Shown here piece by piece: positions 59,136-64,000 of a DNA stretch of 64,000 nucleotides. This stretch comes from Nitrospinota bacterium (GTDB lineage: Bacteria > Nitrospinota_A > UBA7883 > JACRGQ01): NCBI GenBank assembly GCA_016212275.1, contig JACRGR010000032.1, positions 367-64,366 on the forward strand, given 5' to 3'. The notes under the pieces are model-generated. The model was given only the letters and a program-made list of their open reading frames with translations. It made no database searches and was not told the origin of the DNA. Made by a program: the position numbers and the translations under genes. Positions within the stretch are counted from its first letter, which is position 1. The number at the start of each line of letters is the position of its first letter.

Positions 59136-60229
59136 TGTTGTCTTTTTTCCTGTATTTTCACCGGCGCGCCGTCGGTCAAAAAGCCCGCGCCGTCCGCCGC
59201 CAGCGTCTCGCCTTCGCGCACGCCGTCAACGATCTCCACCATGCCGTCCTGCCGCGCGCCGGTGCGGACTATCCGCTGGGCCGCTTTTCCGCCCTCCACC
59301 ACATACACCACTTCGCCCGCCGGACGCAGTACCACGCTCAGCGCCGGGACCACCACCGCGTTGTGGTGCTTGCCCACCAGCACGCTCCCGTTCACGCTGG
59401 CGCCGGACTTCCAGCCGCCGGGGTTGTGCTTGTAAACGATGGCGTCTATGGCGCGGCTCCCCGCCGTTATGGTCGGTTTTATCTCCGCCACCACGCCGTC
59501 GTGCTCCCTGCCGGGATCAACCGGGGTGGAAAGCCGCACCGGCTGGCCCGCCTTTATCCGGTGTGCCGCCGTTTCGGGGAACGGCAGGTGTATCTGAAAT
59601 TTTTCCTCGTTGCTCACCACGAACAGCGGCTTGCCCACGGCAAGGTAGTCCCCCACCGATACCATCCGGTTTTGCACCTTGCCGGAAACGGGGGCCATTA
59701 TCCTGCTCTTCCCCAAATCGCGCTCAGCCCCCGAAAGCTGGGCGCGCGCGCCGGTCAGTTGCTCCTTGATCGCGGATAGCTGGGCCTCCGCGTCGTCCAC
59801 CTGGCTTTGGGAAACCACCTTTTGCTCCAAAAGCGACCTCAGCCGCTCGATGTTCTTCTGCTGGTTCGCGGTCAAGGTCTCCAGCCGCGCCGCATCGGCC
59901 CTCATGGAGGAAAGGCGCAGTTTCAGGTCCGCGTCGTCCAATAGGGCGAGTGTCTCACCCTCGTTCACCGTGTCGCCGTTATCCACCATCACCTGAGCCA
60001 CGCGGCCCGCCACCTCGGCGGACACGGTGGGGGCATTGCGGCTTTCGATATAGCCCACCGATTCCTCGCGCAGTTCCACCGGGCGCAACACCGCTTGCGC
60101 GGCGGTGATGGGGGTGGGGCGAGGCCCCTTCTGCGCGTCACCGCCCGATTTTTTGTTGCAGGCGGCCACAGCCAACGCCGCCACACAGGCGGCAATGATG
60201 GCCACCGTCCTCGCCACTCCGGTTTTCAT
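59132..60229 (-). CDS. RND periplasmic adaptor (MFP) lipoprotein
   Basis: VAAC lipobox, AEVAGRV, IMAPVSG, coiled hairpin. Confidence 0.94.
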   Translation of the reverse strand: MKTGVARTVAIIAACVAALAVAACNKKSGGDAQKGPRPTPITAAQAVLRPVELREESVGYIESRNAPTVSAEVAGRVAQVMVDNGDTVNEGETLALLDDADLKLRLSSMRADAARLETLTANQQKNIERLRSLLEQKVVSQSQVDDAEAQLSAIKEQLTGARAQLSGAERDLGKSRIMAPVSGKVQNRMVSVGDYLAVGKPLFVVSNEEKFQIHLPFPETAAHRIKAGQPVRLSTPVDPGREHDGVVAEIKPTITAGSRAIDAIVYKHNPGGWKSGASVNGSVLVGKHHNAVVVPALSVVLRPAGEVVYVVEGGKAAQRIVRTGARQDGMVEIVDGVREGETLAADGAGFLTDGAPVKIQEKRQQ

Positions 60230-60909
60230 CGTGCCGTTCTCCTTATTTTTTTTGCTGGGGCCTTCACGCCGGACAAAATGATGTCCGAAAGGGTTTTCAC
60301 ATACCGCGCGGGATCGTCCGTCAGGCGGAATTCCTTGTAGTGGCGCAGTACGTCGCGGTTCAGGAAAAAAAAGACGTTCGCGGCGATGATCATCACGGCC
60401 ACCGCCGCCGGGTCCATGTCCTTGCGCAGTTCACCGCTCTTTTGACCGTCGCGGATGACCTGGGTGAGCATGCTGAAGTTCCGCGCGAAACCGCCCTCGG
60501 CAAGCTCCCGGCTCCGGCGGGGGCTGTCCAGCAATATCTCGGTAAGCACCAGCCGGGCGATGTCGGAATGGTCCAGCAACGCTTTCAGGTGCGCCTCGGC
60601 GAAACGGGGGAGCCGCTTGGCGAGCGGTTCATGGTCCGATTCGAAATCATGGATGAGTTCGCGCACCCCTTCGGAAGCGGCCTGGATAACGGCGGCGTAC
60701 AGGCCGTCCTTCGTGGGAAAATGGTGATAGATGTTCGCCTTGCTCACGCCGGCCTTTTTTGCGATGGCGCTCATGGAGGCGGCGGAGAACCCGCGCTCGG
60801 CGAACAGGCTTTCGGCGGCGCACAGGATGCGCCGGGCGCCCTGGGAGGGGCCGCAGGTTGTTTTCTTTTTCGCTCGTGCCGTTTTCGTGTGCGCCTCCCT
60901 GGGTTGCAA
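60226..60909 (-). CDS. TetR/AcrR family regulator
   Basis: LFAERGFSAASMSAIAKKAGVSKANIYHHFPTKDGL; start uncertain. Confidence 0.93.
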   Translation of the reverse strand: MQPREAHTKTARAKKKTTCGPSQGARRILCAAESLFAERGFSAASMSAIAKKAGVSKANIYHHFPTKDGLYAAVIQAASEGVRELIHDFESDHEPLAKRLPRFAEAHLKALLDHSDIARLVLTEILLDSPRRSRELAEGGFARNFSMLTQVIRDGQKSGELRKDMDPAAVAVMIIAANVFFFLNRDVLRHYKEFRLTDDPARYVKTLSDIILSGVKAPAKKIRRTAR

Positions 60910-60916
60910 GTTGCCT

Positions 60917-60932
60917 TACCGAACGGTCGGTA
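60917..60932. promoter_or_regulatory. Putative TetR operator
   Basis: TACCGA-ACGG-TCGGTA palindrome between a TATATT -10 and the tetR start. Confidence 0.65.
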
Positions 60933-61053
60933 GATTTAAATATACCATAAAAACCGCCCGGCCAAAACGGGTTTCCGGAAGATGATGGAAGATCAAGGAA
61001 GCGGGCTTTCAATTTCCGTCCGCCGGGGGTAGAATCAGGCCGAGGGAACAAGT

Positions 61054-61236
61054 ATGGCTATTATGTCGGTAAGCACGTCGCCAAGTCCAAAGTACGAACC
61101 CGCCACGGCGAACAACACGGTGGAACAGCGCGACCGCGCGGAAAACCGCGGAAAGATCGAAAAGAAGGAAGAAAGCGTTCAACGCTCGGAACAAAAGATC
61201 GCCGAGGCCCACAGCCGCGTCAATGTGACCGTTTAA
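61054..61236 (+). CDS. Small hypothetical protein (60 aa)
   Basis: GAGGG SD; charged helix; ends RVNVTV. Confidence 0.6.
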   Translation: MAIMSVSTSPSPKYEPATANNTVEQRDRAENRGKIEKKEESVQRSEQKIAEAHSRVNVTV

Positions 61237-61280
61237 CCCCGCCGGAAAGAGCTATCCGCGCAAAAAAGGCGCGGAAATAT

Positions 61281-61622
61281 TTACCAGTCTATATCGTCCT
61301 GGGGAACCGGTACGCCCGCTATCTTGGCACCCTGGATGGACGGCCCGTTCGGAAACAGCCGGTACAGGTAACGCGCGCTCCCCTTCTGCGCGCCAAGGGT
61401 TTTGCCCACTTCACGCATGAGGTCTTTCACTTTCAGGGGAACCTGATGCTTCTGGTAGTACTCTCTTATAAACGTCAGAATCTCCCAGTGGTACTCCGTC
61501 AGTTCCAAGCCTTCTTCGCGGGCAACACGATCGGCCGAAGCCTTGTCCCACGATGGCAGTTGAACCTTCGCGTACCCTTTTCCTGTGCCTGTTTCGCTTG
61601 ATTCAGCCGTTCCCATAAACAT
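61281..61622 (-). CDS. TusE/DsrC-family protein lacking all cysteines
   Basis: LELTEYHWEILTFIREYY, LYRLFPNGP, KIAGVPVP; GGAGG SD before ATG 61622. Confidence 0.85.
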   Translation of the reverse strand: MFMGTAESSETGTGKGYAKVQLPSWDKASADRVAREEGLELTEYHWEILTFIREYYQKHQVPLKVKDLMREVGKTLGAQKGSARYLYRLFPNGPSIQGAKIAGVPVPQDDIDW

Positions 61623-61832
61623 ACTGTCCTCCAATCAATGGCGACATTGTAACACATACAAACACAAATTTTACTAACACCAAATATAATTTTATTTAGT
61701 AGCCACTTATTTTTCAATGCAATAAGCAGGGAGAATAGTAAATAAACGTTCCATGATTATCTGAATCATTACAATATGGGCTGGACTTTTAGGGGTAGAT
61801 TTAAGCTAGCCTATTTCTCAAAATGAGCCGGA

Positions 61833-62054
61833 TCAGGTCCGGACGAACTGCAGATACGCTTTCACCGCCATCAAAATGAACGGAGAGGCGTGGAGGAAAA
61901 GGTCGAAAATATCAATCGGTCGCTTGAGGTTCCCCTCATACAGCAGACCGATCTTCTCAATAAGGTGCGGGGTGTGGCCGAGCGGCGCGGTCCCCAGAAG
62001 CACCGCCGCGATGATTAGGTAACTCCACGGAATATTCCCGATAGCGTTCAGCAT
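61833..62054 (-). CDS. Small two-helix membrane protein
   Basis: LLGTAPLGHTPHLIEKI...RPIDIFDLFLHASP. Confidence 0.75.
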   Translation of the reverse strand: MLNAIGNIPWSYLIIAAVLLGTAPLGHTPHLIEKIGLLYEGNLKRPIDIFDLFLHASPFILMAVKAYLQFVRT

Positions 62055-62065
62055 TGGCGTTTTGT

Positions 62066-62164
62066 TCAGCCCCTTTTTCCCCGGCGACGCTCAACCCTTG
62101 CTTGAGCCAAGGGTGGCAACGTACACAGCGCCAAGACCGCCGTAAGGAGCATCATTACTGTCAT
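62066..62164 (-). CDS. Possible leaderless 32-aa hydrophobic peptide
   Basis: TATACT 7 nt before ATG; MTVMMLLTAVLALCTLPPLAQARVERRRGKRG; ends 12 nt before the next gene. Confidence 0.3.
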   Translation of the reverse strand: MTVMMLLTAVLALCTLPPLAQARVERRRGKRG

Positions 62165-62267
62165 CATACACAGTATAGAGCCGCAAACCGGCGGAACGGT
62201 TCTTTCCCCGACACACCCCAATAAAAGTGTTTGCCGGAGCGGAGGTTGTCGTAGAATATGGGGCCTT

Positions 62268-64000
62268 ATGACGGACTTTAACAAGATATTGGAAAGCATG
62301 GACAAGGAATTCGACCACACCGCGGTCGAAAACCGGTGCCGGACGCTGTGGGAAGAAAGCGGCATCCACCGCTACGATCCCAACAAAGGCGGCGAGGTGT
62401 TCTCCGTGGACACTCCCCCGCCCTACGTCTCCGCGGCGCACCTGCATGTGGGGCATGCGATGAGCTACTCGCAGGCGGAATTCATCATCCGCTTCCAGCG
62501 GATGAAGGGAAAGAACATCTACTACCCGATGGGGTTCGACGATAACGGACTGCCCACCGAGCGGTATGTGGAACAGACCCACAAGATCAACAAGCGTACC
62601 ATCAGCCGGGCCGACTTCATAAAGCTGTGCCTCGAAGAGACGAAAAAAGGGGCCGCCGAGTACGAAGAGCTGTGGCGCGCGCTGGGGCTTTCGGTGGACT
62701 GGAGCCTGCGGTACTCCACCATAGACCCGCTGTGCCGGAAGACCGCCCAAAAATCGTTCATCGAACTTTTCAACAAGGGACTCATCTACCGCGCCAACGA
62801 GCCGGTGCTGTGGGACACGCATTTCGAGACCGCGCTCTCGCAGGCGGATCTCGACTCCCTCACCCGCAAAACACAACTCAACGACATCGCGTTCAAGGCG
62901 CCGGACGGCACGGCATTGGTCATATCCACCACCCGGCCCGAACTTCTGCCGGGATGCGTGGCGCTGTACTGCAACCCGAACGATGAGCGCTACAAGCGCC
63001 TCATCGGCTCCCGCGCCATCGTCCCGCTGTTCGGGTTCGAGGTGCCGGTGCTGGCCGACGAGGAGGTGCTGGCCGATTTCGGCACCGGGCTGATGATGGT
63101 CTGCACCTTCGGCGACAGCGACGACGTGCGCCGATGGAAACGCGACAACCTGAACACGCGCATCTGCCTGAACCCGGACGGACGCTTTAACGACTTGGCG
63201 GGCAAATACGCCGGGATGAAAGGCGAGAACGCCCGCAAATCAATATTGGAAGACCTGAAAGCGGGCGGCCACTTCATATCCGCCAAAACGGTGGAGCAAA
63301 ACGTGGCCGTTTCCGAGCGCTCCGGCACGCCGGTGGAGTTCCTCATCTTCCCGCAGTGGTTCATCAACGTCATGGGCGTGAAGCAGGAACTGCTGGAACG
63401 GAGCGGCCAACTGAAATGGCACCCCGACCTTATGAAGGTGCGGCTGGACCGCTGGGTGGAAGGGTTGAAATACGATTGGAACATCTCCCGCCAGCGGTTC
63501 TACGGCGTGCCGTTCCCGCTGTGGTACTGCGCCAAGTGCGGGCACCCCGTGCTGGCGGACGAAGGCAGTCTGCCGATTGACCCGACCGAATCCCCCTGCC
63601 CCGCCGCGCAATGCGCGCAGTGCGGCGGCGCGGAGTTCAAGGGGGAAGCGGACGTGATGGACACCTGGATGACCTCCTCGCTCACCCCGCTCATCAACAG
63701 CCGGTGGGCCGATGGCGCGGGCGCGCGGGACGGAATTTACCCGATGACCGTCCGTGTGCAGGCGTTCGAGATCATCCGCACCTGGCTGTTCTACACGCTG
63801 GTGAAATCGCACTTCCACACCGGTTCGCTCCCGTGGAAAAACGTGATGATCTCCGGCTGGGGACTGAACGAGCAGGGAAAAAAGATAAGCAAGCGCGACC
63901 TGGAGCAGTACACCGACGCGAAAGGCTACAACCGGTACAACCCGTATGCCGTTGTCCGCTCCTTTGGCGCGGACGCCCTGCGCTACTGGTCCGCCGGTAG
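62268..64000 (+). CDS. valS: Valine--tRNA ligase, archaeal/type-2 form (3' end outside window)
   Basis: FSVDTPPPYVSAAHLHVGH, YPMGFDDNGLPTER, DWNISRQR, DVMDTWMTSS, EIIRTWLFYT, GADALRYW. Confidence 0.93.
   Translation, partial: MTDFNKILESMDKEFDHTAVENRCRTLWEESGIHRYDPNKGGEVFSVDTPPPYVSAAHLHVGHAMSYSQAEFIIRFQRMKGKNIYYPMGFDDNGLPTERYVEQTHKINKRTISRADFIKLCLEETKKGAAEYEELWRALGLSVDWSLRYSTIDPLCRKTAQKSFIELFNKGLIYRANEPVLWDTHFETALSQADLDSLTRKTQLNDIAFKAPDGTALVISTTRPELLPGCVALYCNPNDERYKRLIGSRAIVPLFGFEVPVLADEEVLADFGTGLMMVCTFGDSDDVRRWKRDNLNTRICLNPDGRFNDLAGKYAGMKGENARKSILEDLKAGGHFISAKTVEQNVAVSERSGTPVEFLIFPQWFINVMGVKQELLERSGQLKWHPDLMKVRLDRWVEGLKYDWNISRQRFYGVPFPLWYCAKCGHPVLADEGSLPIDPTESPCPAAQCAQCGGAEFKGEADVMDTWMTSSLTPLINSRWADGAGARDGIYPMTVRVQAFEIIRTWLFYTLVKSHFHTGSLPWKNVMISGWGLNEQGKKISKRDLEQYTDAKGYNRYNPYAVVRSFGADALRYWSAG

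Noticed and set aside
62066-62267. T-box or attenuator upstream of valS
   Set aside because: No T-box consensus or terminator seen; a TAGAAT -10 lies only 10 nt before the start

Overview
A GC-rich (roughly 60% by eye) bacterial chromosomal window, mostly housekeeping, from a Gram-negative organism using sigma54 and c-di-GMP signalling. The lineage cannot be fixed from the sequence alone. It carries pstSCAB with a Pho-box-like array, a porin, a sigma54 activator, squalene synthase, phoH-7TM-HD-ybeY-HIT-mutS, acn-icd-mdh, a clpX-like gene, comF, obgE, a five-gene glycosyltransferase/radical-SAM cluster, rlmN, a PilZ/HD-GYP module, an RND pump with TetR, a Cys-less TusE/DsrC homologue and an archaeal-type valS (partial). 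Single accessory genes (ATPase-TOPRIM, two HEPN proteins, HEPN/MNT, orphan higA, a GxxExxY remnant) sit beside several different REP-like palindrome families. Best candidates for something undescribed: (1) a sigma54/IHF-driven ~100-nt small RNA at 52766-52867; (2) the glycan-modifying cluster in which three different enzymes share one ~120-aa appended domain; (3) an isocitrate dehydrogenase with a histone H1-like tail; (4) palindrome-associated single-gene defence insertions; (5) a phoH needing a non-canonical start, plus several apparently leaderless genes. No rRNA, tRNA, CRISPR array or intact transposase was recognised. All calls are from reading the sequence; no database searches were run.
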